A stretch of 64,000 bases of DNA from Dicyema japonicum (Eukaryota; Animalia; Dicyemida), in NCBI GenBank assembly GCA_011109175.1, contig RDEW01000016.1:174049-238048 (forward strand). Direction: 5' to 3'. Positions 36,990 through 50,999 of the stretch are shown one piece after another; within the stretch, counting starts at the first letter, position 1; each line of letters begins with the position of its first letter. The notes under the pieces were generated by a model that worked only from the letters and a program-made list of their open reading frames with translations, was not told where the DNA came from and searched no databases. Position numbers and translations under genes: made by a program.

Positions 36990-38100
36990 TCGACCTTCTC
37001 AGCTCCAGAAGACCTAAGGAGCGAATGTTTCAGTGCAAATGGTCCCAGACAAAAGGTTTCACGTCTTCAAAGGGGAAGATGGTCATCCCATCGGGTTGTT
37101 TCCCGTCATTTCTGCATAGAAGGGTGTCTATCAGCGTCAAAAGCTCGTCTAACGAATTCTTTCAAGGCCATGTGTGTGGAAGATCCCTATACGAACACTT
37201 TCATCATCCAGAAAGGTACACGAAACTCCACTTGATTAAGACGTCCTCGATAACAAACAAGCAGGCGGTGTTGGTTAGATGACATCAGTAGATCTTCAAA
37301 TGACTTTCGGCATTGAGAGTTCAAGGAAGGTGGGAAAAAAAGGTAGTTAAGACTCCAGGCCTCACGTGCATGATTGACTTCCTGGTCAGTTGAGAATTCG
37401 GGGAGGGAGTGTAGAATCTTCTTGACAAGGGTATTACAAGCCATTAGTAAAGAAAGAGATACAGGGAGAGAAATTTCTAGAGTTTCGAGTTCCAAGTCCA
37501 CCAAATCTTACCCGCAGTGTGGGCTGTTTCCACCAGTTTTCCTCAAACCGGACATTGAAGATATGCTCAAATGTTGAACCAAAGATCCCCTCAATGTATG
37601 TGAGCTGGTTGTATTGGGTGAATAAGGGGGATGTTCTCAGTTTCTGTATATTTCGGCTGTTCTTTAGGAAGAGTAATCATGTATTTACCTTCAAGCAGAC
37701 ACTAGTGATACAGAGTCCCTTCGAGTAATCGTCGCTTTTCGCTCATAGGTCTTCCCATTGGACACATAGTAATTTGGGATCCGAGGAATATAAGGTCTTC
37801 GCTGGGGTGGAAATACTTCCGAGTAGTAAATTCGTGAAAGATGACTCAATATGTAAATACTCTTTTGAAAATCAATAATTGTAAATTTCGTATTTATAAG
37901 AATCTAATAACTGACAAGCTTCTGACAAGGTCAGAATTAACACCTCAAAAATCCTGAAAGAGAGTATCTTGAGATCATCATAAAACACATCATCTATTAA
38001 TACAGGTTGAGTGGGGAACTTGGATTTTTGACGATTCTTTCAATTACAGACAGAATAAGGGTATATCCTTGCTCCACTCCAGAAGACAAAGGGATTAGGT
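36990..38100 (-). mobile_element. CRE-like retrotransposon RT remnant
   Basis: SSGVEQG, IDD....DDL, LRTSP and WWKQPTLRVRFGGLGTR resemble CRE RT motifs (QQGDPL, YLDD, QASLPV..GGLG.R). Confidence 0.7.
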
Positions 38101-38239
38101 ATCCTTTAAGAGTAAAGATTAAAGTAGACAATAGAACTGATTCATAATTTAGAAAAAAATAAAACATCTTTTCTACATTATAGGACATCTCATTAGAATT
38201 GATTTATAAAATATTAATCAACATCATAGCGCTCGTCTT

Positions 38240-38790
38240 ATAGCGGGAGATCTGAAGGAAGCCGAACATGCATTTAAATTTTCCGATTGGCAACATTGGC
38301 ACAAATCCGAATGATGAGACAGTCCGTATCGAGATCTCTATCCGCTTGGGGTTGAGAATATGCCAGGCTCACAGTTGTCGATGCGGGAGAATTGTCGACA
38401 CTTACTGACATCACTTCCTCTCATGCAGTAGTGCGGAGGGATTCCGGACGTACACTAACTTGATTGATGTTGTAAAACGTGCACTAGAGTCTGCCGGACA
38501 CCTTTTCACACTGGAACCAACAGGCCTGGACACGGGAGACGGAAATCAACACGACAGAGTAACAATTTTTCCGTTCGTAGAGGGGAAACCATTAGTTTGG
38601 GATGCAATATGTGTCTACTCTTTTCTCCACCAAAATTATCTGAAGCGTGGTAATGGCACTTTCTGCCACAGAGAAAGCAGGGAGAGCTAAAGAAAATAAG
38701 TATAGAAGACTCTTCGACCGATATATCGTCAGTGTGATTATGTCGCGACAACAGTAGCGATAAGCAGAAAGTCCCTGATTTTCCTCACGA
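38240..38790 (+). mobile_element. CRE-like CCHC + RLE fragment
   Basis: RLGL.IC.AH.C.CG..V...HH.LSC...and LEPTGLD.GDG...D.VTIFPF..GKPLVWDA.C. Confidence 0.85.
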
Positions 38791-40194
38791 AACTCGGACG
38801 ATGTAAATTTCACATACAATTACAATAAATCCGCTCTAATCCATTATTTTTTAAAAGTCCCAAAAATGGCAAAGAAATCAGATATCCTATCACGTACGAG
38901 GTTTTTATGTGTTATAATAGTTATGAGAAGTCATTTGAACATCCTATTTTTAAATCGTCAGCATCTGGAATAAATCCCGTAATTGAGCTTTAGACTCCAA
39001 GTATCGTAATTTGTCTCAACACCATTCATTTAACTCTTTATTAGACAAAGAAATAATAGTTAAGGAAGATGACTTTTTGTAATTTTCGCTGCCTTGTAGC
39101 TACGTCTTCAGGAAGCCTCTCTCTTCTATCCCTTGCAATGTTTTTTACTTACGGAGGATCTTCTCTATTACCTCCTCTGGATCCTTAAAATCTCTGTATC
39201 CTCTATCCGGCAATGCCGCTTTATAAGACATTCGGATTGCGAGCCGCCGGACCTTTTTCAAAAAGCTGGTGTATCTCATTTTGATGTTCCGAATCAAAAG
39301 TCGTCGAGAATGTTATGACTCCTTACATTTTATTTGAGATATTGAGGTTTTTTTCAATTTTATTTGAGAGTGTTGTAGAGACGAATCAAAATAAAATCAA
39401 CATGGAGACTGTTGAAAAGGGATGTTTAGAAAATTGTCTTAAAAGAGGACAATACCGTTGCTGATGATAAAATGCAGTCTATTTTACACGACCGGAAGAT
39501 AATTGAAGCAAAAAATTGATTCATAAGAAGTCTGAAATGCAAAAGATGGAAATGTCCCTAATCATACAGAAACCATTAATCAGTTCAATTGGAATAATAT
39601 TGAATATTGTTTAGTGCTTATCGCATTCAATATGGTTAAGTGTTGATGGAAACTACTCTGTTTAAAAAAGTCGATAATCTTAATAAATTAATCTGTAAAA
39701 AATGGCCATGGTAAAGAAATATTGATAAATTTTGTGATTAAGTAATTTTTGGGATTTTTGAGAGTAGAATAGTAAAAGTGTGTTCAAATTTGAAATTTTT
39801 TATTTCTTAGTAGAAAGGGATTTGCTTCTCTGTGCAGGCAGTGCAATTCTCAACAGCACACAGCCAGGACGTGTTTTATAAGAAGGGTATACATTACCAC
39901 TTTTTAAAATCATCGCCCACAGAGAAACTGCGTTGAATTCTAGAAGGCGCACAAGGAGAGAATGAGAAATCTGATTGAGGTTGTCGAGATCACTTAATTA
40001 GATAATTAAATTAACTATTGGTATTCTTGGGTTAATAATAATTCCTTAGTAAATATGAATTTAGCAAAGGATAACACTTCCTATCATACTGCTTAATAAC
40101 CTCCAAAGAGTGAGGAAATGCCTAAAGAGGGGAGATGTTCTGAACTAGGTTGGATCGATTAGGTGTAACCGTGTAGGATGGAAAAGGCAAACTA

Positions 40195-40700
40195 GTTTTT
40201 ATTAACCTCGAGATCACGAGAAAGAAAATAAAAATTATCGTTTAATTAAGTGATCCCGGTGTCAATACCAGTCCTTTTCCTGCGGTTAGTTTTGTAGTCC
40301 AGGATTAATCTCCACAGCGGGAAAGGTTTCTTCTCATATCTCAAGTAGGCGTCCATATATAGTCTGATGTGCGGTCCGAGGGGATGGTCAGGGGACTTTG
40401 CCATCTTGAGGAAGTTTCTGTGACGTTCCTCGATTGGGGAGACGTTTAGTGTTTTCCGAGTAACGAGGTGGACGTCTTTTTCGACAATCTAGATAATTCT
40501 GAGACATCGATTTTGTAAAACTTCCAGCTTGCTCTGTGCTGATATTGATAAGGGGGCAATCCATGCAGCACAGGCGTACTCAATACTAGGTGGAACAAAT
40601 TGTTTGTATAGAAGCTCTAACAATGGGCGGGAAGATACTGGAGAGTGAGTGAAAGCCTTGACAATTCCAATTTTCTTTTGGATCCTCGCGGTTACTAACT
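40195..40700 (-). mobile_element. Jockey/I-like LINE 3' end, same family as 4000-4540 and 12195-13110
   Basis: High nucleotide similarity to 4020-4500, with the full hairpin tail. Confidence 0.88.
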
Positions 40701-42448
40701 AATAACATTGTTTCTTGTGATGCATGTCTTATTATTATTATTATAAAATATTTATTTAAAAAAAATAAAATCGATATTAATTTTGTAATAATTTTTAAAT
40801 ATAATCAATTTATTAATAACAACATGAAAATCAAGACCAAGTCGTTAATTTGTCGGTGGCATATTTTTATTGCACAGAATGTCTGTATAGTTTCAACTCA
40901 ACTCTTCTCCTAAAAAGTTGTAAAGCGCAAAAAATTCTGGTAAGTATATAATCGATTATAAAGATAAGCTTGAATCAGACTTTTTCGTTATTGCACTAGA
41001 AAATTGATTGAAGCAATTATTGATAACAATTTTAGCAAAAAACAGCAATTATTGTTTTAATATTTGAATTTGCAGAAATGTTCGAATATTCAATGTTTTA
41101 ATTAGTTTTTTAAATGTTAACGTGTATTTGTTTCTCATTACATTTCCCTTTACTGCTGACAGGATCAGGATGACAGTGAGCCTTCTCGATCTCAGAGCTT
41201 TTCTGTCCATGACTGTTTATGGGTTGATTAGATAGTATTTACGTCGTATTGGATGAAATATATTTTTATCGTTAATTTCCAATGTGAATGCAGCTCTATA
41301 TAAGGCGCTAAAAATCGTTTGCATAATGTGTTGCGTATACTTGTGTAATAATGTTTGTAATACTAAAGATGTTTCACTAAAAAACTCTAAAAAATTGATA
41401 CTACATTGAATGCTGGAGCTATGGACATAATCATAAACATGTGAAAATTGAGAATGTACCTCTTATGGAATCTCCTATTAAAAATGTCTAAAAGTCTATC
41501 TCAGCAGCAATCTAGTCAGTCAGTGGGAAAGTCGTCAAAGCCAAAGAAGATAAACTCCTTATTTTGTATTGACTTGTCGAATAATACTTGGATCTCTTAC
41601 ACGTGCCTGAATGTCTTTCGATTAGAATTTAAATTGATTTAGAATGGACGTTTCTGCCAGCTTATTCGACCTGGAAGTAAAGATCTAGGAATTGAGCTCA
41701 TCGGTCTCTCAATTCTGTGACTTCGTCCATAGTCAAGAAAAAGAAAATTAGACATTTAGTACATTAGAGATATCATCATCACAAGCTTCAGACCAATTGC
41801 CTATTTGATTAGCTGATCATCCTGTCTACAGAAATCTCATGATTTTTTTAATAAGACAAAGCATTAATTTTATAATTATTTTTTAAGAAAATGAGTGATA
41901 ATTTACGTTAATATCGCTTAAATCTAACCAAAATTCTCAGCTTTATAAGTTAACAAACCAGAAATATTTAGTTCAGTTAGTGCGTTAATACCACTCCCGC
42001 TTTTCTCGCAAGTATGGGAATACTAGGGTTCATCAAGCAGTACTCCATACTAGCTTTCTTAGTAGTTTAATATATCCAACCACCAATTCGGTATAATCAT
42101 GATTAAGACTGATATAAGGTGTAATTCCTGAAGTATATGAATACCCCCAATTAAATCATGGTTGCAAAATTTATCCATAACAAGGTCGCATGGTGTTACT
42201 CCATCTATCAACAACTATCCAAGTCCGAGCATGTGAAGATTGCTGAGGGAGGAGATCACTTGAATTTTTTTCATTCTGTACCTGACGTGTTTTCTGGTTC
42301 AATAAATTTAAAAATTAAATTAATAAAAATTAATCAATCACCTCAACTGACATTTGTTTAATTGTTAAAAAAATTTATTTTGTTTAAAAAAAATAAATCA
42401 TCAATTATTGAAGATTAAAACTATTGACAAAGATTTGCAAGCAAGGAG

Positions 42449-42725
42449 CTGGCCGGTGGCTCAGTGTAACAGTGGTCAGGCAAGAGGCCTTAAGGTCGCT
42501 AGTTCGAATCTCGATACTATACATTTGGTTGATGTTTCCACGCATCAATATGCTCTGGCTTGACGAGTGATGCGGTCATCACTGAACATTTCACTGCGGA
42601 ACCGGATTGTATATAGGACATACGCCCAAGAAAAAGAAAACAAAGAAGTGAAGAGCTTTCTTTGATTCTTCCTCATCGATTAGCTATGATAACTGTTTTT
42701 TGCATAAAATAAAATGTGTGTTTCT
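42449..42725 (+). mobile_element. tRNA-derived SINE, 3' tail missing
   Basis: A box tggctcagtgtaa, B box gttcgaatc, then the shared central block gacgagtgatgcggtcatcactgaacatttcactgcggaaccggat. Confidence 0.85.
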
Positions 42726-43989
42726 TTTTGAAGGGAACGATAGCTGATATGGCTCCTCGGAAAGAGCAGTATTTATTCAACATACATAGAATAACACAAC
42801 TATCATCCCATATGTATTTTCTGGCAAATCTTCCAAGTTCCTTTAATTTTAGGCAGAACACGAATATTTCATGTATCCGATAATTCCTTCGTGGTTCAGG
42901 ATTTTATGTTTCTAATATCTCTTTCGTCAGATATTGTTGAAAAAGGCGTCTTTTTCATGACCCATGAAGTTTCCATCGAAATAAGAACGAAATGATATTT
43001 CTCTCTGAGTCATTCGTACTTTTGGATTTTCCTGAACTCTGCCTTGTCTGCAGGCGAGTGTGTCGCAGTCAGCGATCTGGTCCCAGAAAATATGTCCGCA
43101 GATGTGTCGTTCCAAACGAGTGATTTATCATGAAAGTATGGAAGTAATGACATCCAATCGCTTCTGTTCAGCCTGAGGGTTCCAGTTGAGCAGGAAAACC
43201 CGTGACTCTGAGTGCCCGTAGGACAATGTCACTGAGGACTGCGTGGTGCGGTGCAAACCCACGCTCCGTCGGCTGACAGAGGATGTTGGCCTTTGGTGTC
43301 GGCGTCCCTCAACAACAGCAACAGTGTCGCTGCCAGTTCCTGTTGATCATCTCAATTGGCTAACGGCTTGATTATAAAGAAATGGTGGGAAAATAATGCT
43401 ATTGATCGGGAAACCCTATATCCAAAAAATTTAAATTAAATAACCTACAGCATGCATGTTAAATTTGCCACTTTGATATGACAAACTTTGACCCTAAATC
43501 GACTTACCTATTGAACTATTCATTGAAATAATCTTCATCTCCAAAAGGACAAGTTATAATTTAATGATAATAGTGATTAAAGAAAAATAATTGAAAATTA
43601 ATATATTTTTAATTTTTATTTATATTAATTAATTAAAATGTTGATATATTCAGAAAAAATTGAAATTGGGTCAATTTTGAATTATGGTTGACAACTCTAT
43701 GTGGAAATTGTGGCAAGCATACAAAGAAAAATATGGCAATAATAAATATTAATTTGTAGATTTTGAATTTGATAATACTGAAGATGAATATAGATTCAAT
43801 ATATTTTTCAAGAATGTGAGAAAAATAAACGATCATAACCACAAATACAAAAAGTGCGATATATCATATAAAATGATGATAAATCAGTTCACTCACTTAT
43901 CACGTGATGAGGCTCCGAAAGGATTAAAACATTTTTTTACAGATTAATTTTATTTCTTTTCCTTTTGATGTTACTAATCCTTTAATAAA

Positions 43990-44515
43990 ATGTCTTTATT
44001 TATTGACGACTGCCAAAAAGCAGCAAGCTTTACCTCTAACAATCGCCATTTAAGACTTCTGGAACAGCACACCGCTCCAGAGGATCTTCCAACTATGACG
44101 AGATTGCATTTTCGCCAAACTAAAGTCTCAAAGACAATTGGGACAAAACGGTCCCCAAATCCTGAACATTTAGTCATCTTACTCTGTTCGGAAGAGTCAG
44201 CAACAGGACAGTCTGAGTGTGAACTGGATGTCGTATTTGTCAGGTATCAACACAAGTAACATCATATACAAGAGAGTGTCCTTTGGCAAATGGGAAGATT
44301 GTCATAGTATCTGGTCCCCTCCCGTCCCTTTGATCAACTCCAACAGGTTCGATGATGGTAGGGGACAGAACAGCTTCCAAACCACGTTTAATGATTTCAT
44401 TTATGGTCGCATGACTTGGAAATTTTCCAGGACTCTTTTGCAAAAGAGAAGTGGATTCCTCTCGATCAATCTTCTTCCACATCGCCATCATTGAATGCGG
44501 AAGCTCTAATTTCAA
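43990..44515 (-). mobile_element. CRE-like RLE fragment
   Basis: IEPVGVDQRDGRGPDTMTIFPFAKGHSLVYDVTCVDT and RFVPIVFETL. Confidence 0.85.
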
Positions 44516-44519
44516 GCTA

Positions 44520-45300
44520 AGTACCGACGCCAGGGATTAAGCAGGCATCAATCAACAAGTTTAAAAGCCCTCAGCGCTCCTAGCCTTTGCACCGTCCGCC
44601 TTTTAACGAGGGCAGTGTGCTCCTGGAAGCTACACTTGGAGTTGAAAGTCAGTCCAAGGTAACTCGTCTGCCCAGCGACCTACATAGGTACCCCATAGAT
44701 GGTCACTTTAGGTATTATATTATTAGACCGCTTAGGGAGGTTAAAAACTAACAACCTACATTTTTCAGGCCTGAGCCTGAGTCCTCCTCTGCTCTCACAC
44801 CAGCGTATGATTTCATCGACGGCGACTTGCATGGTCCGACACTCCACATCTGGTCTCCACGAATAATCCCAGAGTACTATGTCATCAGCATAGACAGCCA
44901 TCTCCTTCCTCACATTGGCTGGGTAGGGAGCGTTGACAAATACACATTGAAGAGGGTTGGGCTTAAGACCGACCCTTGTGGAACTCCCTGGTTAGATCTA
45001 AACAAACTAGATCGCCAACCTTTATGCCTCACGTAGTTCATCCAGGTAATCTAAGAAGCTGGATAACCAACTTCTCAGCTCCAGGGGAATTCCTCCTTCG
45101 ACCAGGGTCATCCTCTATAGTCAAATCATCCTCTATAGTGGATACTCCGTATCTATCTTCCACCAACATGCTCTCCAACGTCTCTTGAAGACGACAGATA
45201 GAATTTACATCGATTGCGATAGCTCCTAAGAGAGAGTTATAAGACTTCGAAACGACACTGCCCCAAGCTGAAACTACAGGGAAGACTTTCACTGAAGGAT
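44520..45300 (-). mobile_element. Jockey/I-like LINE RT fragment
   Basis: QGVPQGSVLSPTLFNVY and AVYADDIVLW. Confidence 0.85.
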
Positions 45301-45499
45301 AGGAAGCTACAGACTTACCTATAGTCCACTGTTTTAGTGAACCCTAGAGAGCTTTACACTGGAGTACAGGAAGCAGAGTCCGGAAATACCATATGGGCAG
45401 AGGGCATTATACTATACACACTCGGAGCTTTTCCAGAGACCCAAATAGGACTTGCGTTTTTAGGACTCTGGTAATAGACAAATTTTTCCATCTTTTTTA

Positions 45500-45850
45500 C
45501 GTATCTGAATGTTCGCTTGATTTCGGAGATACATTGCTGACTCTTTGTATGGTGTTCAGCAAGTTGATCTCTCTTGGACCTCTCCTTTTCTCCATTACTA
45601 TTGACCACCTCATTTAAAGATTCAGCGCCTCTTAGTATTTGGACCTAGACAACGGAACAATTGGTGGGAACGACTCGATTATCGCCGCTTTGGAAATCGC
45701 TAGTCCTGCTCTGATCGACTTCGACCTGCAAGTAAGTAAAAGAAAGATCATAAATATTAGCTTTCCTTTGGGCGAGTTTCCATTGTCCAAACCCATCATG
45801 AGGGATTGTTTCCTAATGCGAGGATAGTCGAGTATTTTGGTACGGTTCTC
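45500..45850 (+). mobile_element. CRE-like RT fragment
   Basis: QQ.D.LGPLLFSITI and LDNGTIGG. Confidence 0.75.
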
Positions 45851-47830
45851 CTTAGATGCCCTTTATTCCTGTCCGGGATGCAATAATATGAGGATAGTCG
45901 TCCGGGTTCATAACGGAAAGGTTTTAAACTCTTGTCTTCTATATAAAAAATAACATTTTTGTTCTAAGACGCTTTTCGTACTACAAAGATCCCTTTGTTT
46001 CCATGAGCCTGATTCTCTCAAATCTCCGGAGGACCTCATAAGACTGAAGAAATCCTCAATATCAGATTTGACATCACTGGCTGGTCTCAAGGAAAGCTCA
46101 TAATGTTTGGGGGAATTGGTTTGAGGTCTACTGCCGATTTGGCCATTCCAATTTACCTGTCGTCCTCGGAAGCTGACAGTCATGAGAGCTATCGAGGACG
46201 CCGAGTTTGCTCCCTACTGGAACCCATCGGTCTTGATAAAGGGAAGGTTAGAGGGCGGATAGCGTAACGATAGACCCACAGAGTCAAGGGAGCTGTCTTG
46301 CTTAGGATACAACATCTAATGGAAATTTGCTCATGTCATCGTTGCGCAGGTATTGCAGCGAGCACTGCTAAAGATTTGAAAAGGAGGAAGTACTATGGCA
46401 TCGTGCATCGGTTAGTTTTCCAACCTATTTCTTGAGACGTCTGACGTTATTGGGACAGTTTATCAGGTTATGTACCAAGAATTAACGCGATTATGATAGG
46501 TAACTCCCATTACGTGATCAATGACTTCAGATATAAAGGAGACATTTCATAACAGCACCATAATAATTGATTACTACTAGTAAACCTTTCAACACCAATA
46601 AATGCGCAAAAGCACACGGAAAAAATATGCCGTAGGACAGCCCGTATGGAACCGACCTTACTCGAAAGCGACCCGCAGTGCAATGGGCGGCAATCGAATA
46701 GGCCTACTGCCTGATTGATAACAGCAGACCACGACCAGGTAAGTAAATATTTTTGGAATGAACTTCCACGGCAAAATTAACTACATCGGTGAAATATTGT
46801 TCCCAAAATAATGCTTTTAAAATCAGGTTATCTTATCTATTTCAAGTTTTGTATTATTTAAATATATTTTTGTATTTCAGTATATTTTCCAAAGTTTTTA
46901 AATTTATTAAAATGAATTATATTTTGCTTTCTCATCTTAGTGCTTCTGATTATATTCATTTTTGAGTGGCTGAGATAAAAATGTTTTAAAAAAGATATGG
47001 ATAATCAATCCATTGCAAAATTTACGAGGACTTTAACAAAATATTCGTTAAAAAAACTTTAGAAAGTATAATTATCTACCACAAACAGATCAAGGTCTCC
47101 GATGAAGATTTCATATCTGCTTATAACTAACTTTCGCCAATTATAATGTGGCGGAAGAGAATTGGCTAGCTCAGTATGGAGAAAGGGGTGAGGATTAGTT
47201 GGTGGTACATTCCTTTGAAAAGAAGATCGCTTACCACTGATTGAGATTGTTCATTAATATAATGTTTTTATGGTGTTTTGGATTAATAAATGTTATCCTG
47301 GATCATCTGAAAAAAAACCTCAATAAGTTTGTTGGTCGTATGTTGAGACGATAAGTACCTCTATATCGCCAATAACTTAATCTCCTCAAGATAGATGTAA
47401 CCTTTAGTTATTCTTCTCATGTGGATTGATAAAATTATTTAGTCAAGAACATGGAACATATGAAATTTCTGTACAAGGAAGCGTCGGATAGGCATGAGCT
47501 CTAAATTTGAATCTCATCTGGCACAAAATTTGGAGCAACTTGGATATGTCTGCCTTAAGGAAGAACAAGGGTACATCTAACCTCTGTTTTTGGAACACCA
47601 AAAACACCTAGAGGTTGTTCCAAAAATAGAGGTTACTCCAAAAATCGTACAAAAATTTGTTATTATAAGTTTAAAGTAATCAGTAATTTTTTTTCCATAA
47701 CCATATTTAAATTTTAATTTGCGCATGAAAATTTTTTTAAAATCATAAAAATCTTTAAGACATCCGGCAACATATTTAAAATGTTTTCTATGGCAGTTTA
47801 TGTTATCAATGGCTGTTCTTATAGTTACAT

Positions 47831-50800
47831 CATTTTGGTGAGGTGGTGACGTGCCTCGTTTCTTCTCTGTACAACGGTTAAGAAAAATGTCTGAAAAACA
47901 CTCATCATACAATCGAGAACTCAGGCTAATGACGTTCAACGTACGTGGAATATCGAAAGATTGGACAAGGAAAGTACTTTGTGACGATCTCGAGAAATAC
48001 AAAATATCTATTGGCTGCCTACAAGAGACGAAAATCGAAAATGGACGCGATGAGACATGGAACAACTACCGACTGATTCTCTTCCCAACTGAATGCAAGC
48101 ACTACGGAATGGGATTTGCCCTACACGTGGATTACCTCAAAAAATTACATCGCTTTGGAGAGTCAACGACCGAATATGTGTCTTACAAGTCAAACTAAAT
48201 GAACTATGCCCGTCCAAGAGTCTACTAACCGTCATAAATGTCTATGCACCACACTGTGGACGAGTAATCAAGAACCCCAGTGAACTCGGGGAATTCTACT
48301 CAGAACTATCAAGCACATACTCTAACAATGCTTCCTCGTCTCTTGTCTTTGTTGCGGGAGATATGAATGCAAAGGCCGGAATGCGAATGGGGCCCGATGA
48401 ATCCTCTATTGGAAGACACGGGCGCGGAAGGAGAAATGCATCTGGAGCCTCTCTGGTAAACTTCTGCGAGGCAATAGCCTTTTCCTGTGCAACACGGCCT
48501 TTACGCACTCAGCTTGCCACAAGACGACGTGGCACGGACAAAGAAAAAACTCTGTCGGAGAGACCGTGAATATATATAATCAAATCGATTACATTATCTG
48601 CCGAAAGTCTGATAAACACCTGATAAATGATGCACGTTCCTACCAGGGAACAACAACCGACAGCGACCACAGGATCGTCATTGCAAAACTTTGTGTAAAA
48701 AAGCACCTGACTGGGAAAAAATACATTGAAAACGCGAAGAAGGCGAGACAAAGACCCAATATATACTTTCAGACAGAAAAATTGTGGTTAGAGCCAACTT
48801 GTAGAGCTAAATATCACGAACAAATCGAGACTCTTATGGTGAAAACCGCACCGGAATCATCAGTACGAACTCTGTGGGATCAAACAAAACAGGCAATCTC
48901 CAAGTCGGCCAAAATATGCCTTGGAGTCCGAAATCATCACGCCCTAAAATTGGATCACCACCCGAACGTGCCAAATATGGCAAAGCATTGCAGAGAGCTA
49001 CGACTAAAAGCGGCAAACACGTCAGACGAGAGTAAAAAAAAGAGCTTAATATCCAACAAAGGGAACTAAAGTGGAAAATCAAAAAGATGAACAGAAAACA
49101 TTCACGGGAAATTATTACATCCCTATTAAAAGATGTGGAATGCTAAAAGACAATTCAAGGATGTATGCGGCTTTGCGGCTGCTGCGGACAAAGAAAGGAC
49201 AAAACATCCTTCACATCAAAGACAAAGATGGAAAATTCGTGGGTAACCCGAAAGAAAAAGCAGAATTGATTGCACGACACTTCGAAACACTGTTGAATAA
49301 AGAAAATAATGACTTTCCCCCTTTCCAAGGAAAAGCAAAGGCGCTAAAAATCCCAATCACAGTGGAAGAGGTGGAATTAGCGATAAATAAACTGAAGAAC
49401 AACAAGAGTGCTGGGCCGGACAACATAAGCCCTGAGCTCCTAAAATATGGGCCAAAAAAACTTAGCGACACAATTGCAAAAACCCTAAATGCCGTCTTTG
49501 AAACTAATACCGATCTAGGACTTGGAAATGGATTATTAATACCCATACAAAAACCGAACAAATCAAAAGGACCAGTAGAAAATCTCCGCCCGATAATACT
49601 TCTGAATTCGATACGCAAGGTGCTGGCAAACATTGCACTAAGCCGGATAAAGGGTATGGCGAATCTATACCTACCAGCAAGTCAAAGTGGGTTCCGAGAA
49701 GGGAGGTCTACGGCAGACATTGTATGGAGCCACAGATGGCGCTGCGCAACGCACCAAAGATTCAAGAGCGCAACAACCGTGTTGGGAATAGATCTCTCCA
49801 GAGCTTTCGACTCAATAAACAGACAGAAACTGATGAATGTGCTTGAGCAAATATTGGATGAATCGTCGGTTAGGATAATCAGACTACTACTTGCGAACAC
49901 AAGACTATCTGTGAGGACAGAAGGAGCAACTTCCCGCAGTTTCAAAACAACGATTGGGACACCCCAGGGTGATTCCCTCTCCCCTTTACTATTCACCATA
50001 TACCTTGAATCTGCACTCCGCGACCTCCGTAAATGCTATATAGGAGACATAGAAGAGACATCTTATGCGGATGATGTGGATTTTGTATCACGGGATGTGA
50101 CCGCACTCCAACACCTGCTAGAAAATGCACCTGCGGAGCTTGAGAAATGGTTTCTCAGCGTAAATGTTAACAAAACTGAAATTACGGAAATCAAAAGAGA
50201 AGACGATATTACTCATGAAAGATGGAGACGTACTAATAAGCTCGGCTCTCTACTAGGAGACGCTGAAGATGTACTAGGAGGAAAACACTGGCAAATGCGG
50301 CAATGGCTAAACTGAAGAAAGGATGGCTAAGGGCCAAAGGACTTGGAATTGACATCAGATGCAGGCTTTACAACGCGTTTGTGAAACCGATCCTACTGTA
50401 TAACGCTGGGACATGGGGAAGTTCCTTCAACGAACTATTGAAACTGGATTCGTTCCATAGAAGGCAACTAAGAAGCTTACTCGGAATGGAGTGGCCACGT
50501 AGAATATCAACCACTGGTATCTACAACAAGTGTATGTGTTCTTACATCAGCAAGGATGTGATAGATGCCCGGTGGAGGCTATTTGGGCATATACTAAGAA
50601 TGAACCCGGACGCACCCGCTAACAAAGCGATGGAAGATTACTTTGACAGATGCGAAAAACCCTTCCCCGGACGACCTAATCGACACTTCCGACAGCCCTA
50701 AACAAAGACTTAAATCGTGTGAGAAAAAATTTAAAGACAGGAGACGACCTGGACGAATTGAGATCACTCGCATTCGACAGAGGAAGATGGAAAAGACTAA

Positions 50801-50878
50801 CTATAAATATTGTTTCTTTGAGTGTTGCACATGCGGGGCTATAATCATTATGGCTTTCGTGAAAGTGCTTTAATAATA
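47831..50878 (+). mobile_element. Near full-length RTE LINE (APE + RT) with several frameshifts, flanked by a ~106-bp TSD
   Basis: LMTFNVRG, LQET, GDMNAK, QIDYII, DSDH (APE); LRPIILL, QSGFREGRST, DLSRAFDS, GTPQGDSLSPLLF, YADD (RT); RWRLFGHILR; (TAA)n tail. Direct repeats at 47725-47830 and 50879-50985. Confidence 0.97.
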
Positions 50879-50999
50879 ATGAAAATTTTTTAAAAATCAT
50901 AAAAATTTTTAAGACAATCCGGCAACATATTTAAAATGTTTTCTATGGCTGTTTATGTTATCAATGGCTGTTCTTATAGTTACATATTCAGCCTCAATT

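Noticed and set aside
37187-37504. 105-aa ORF looking like a host gene
   Set aside because: Lies within a frameshifted CRE-like RT remnant; a neighbouring frame carries the CRE motif.
47160-47200. A-box-like ggctagctcagtatgg
   Set aside because: No B box or cloverleaf follows.
49211-49999. Minus-strand ORFs of 140 and 105 aa
   Set aside because: Antisense shadows of the RTE reverse transcriptase.
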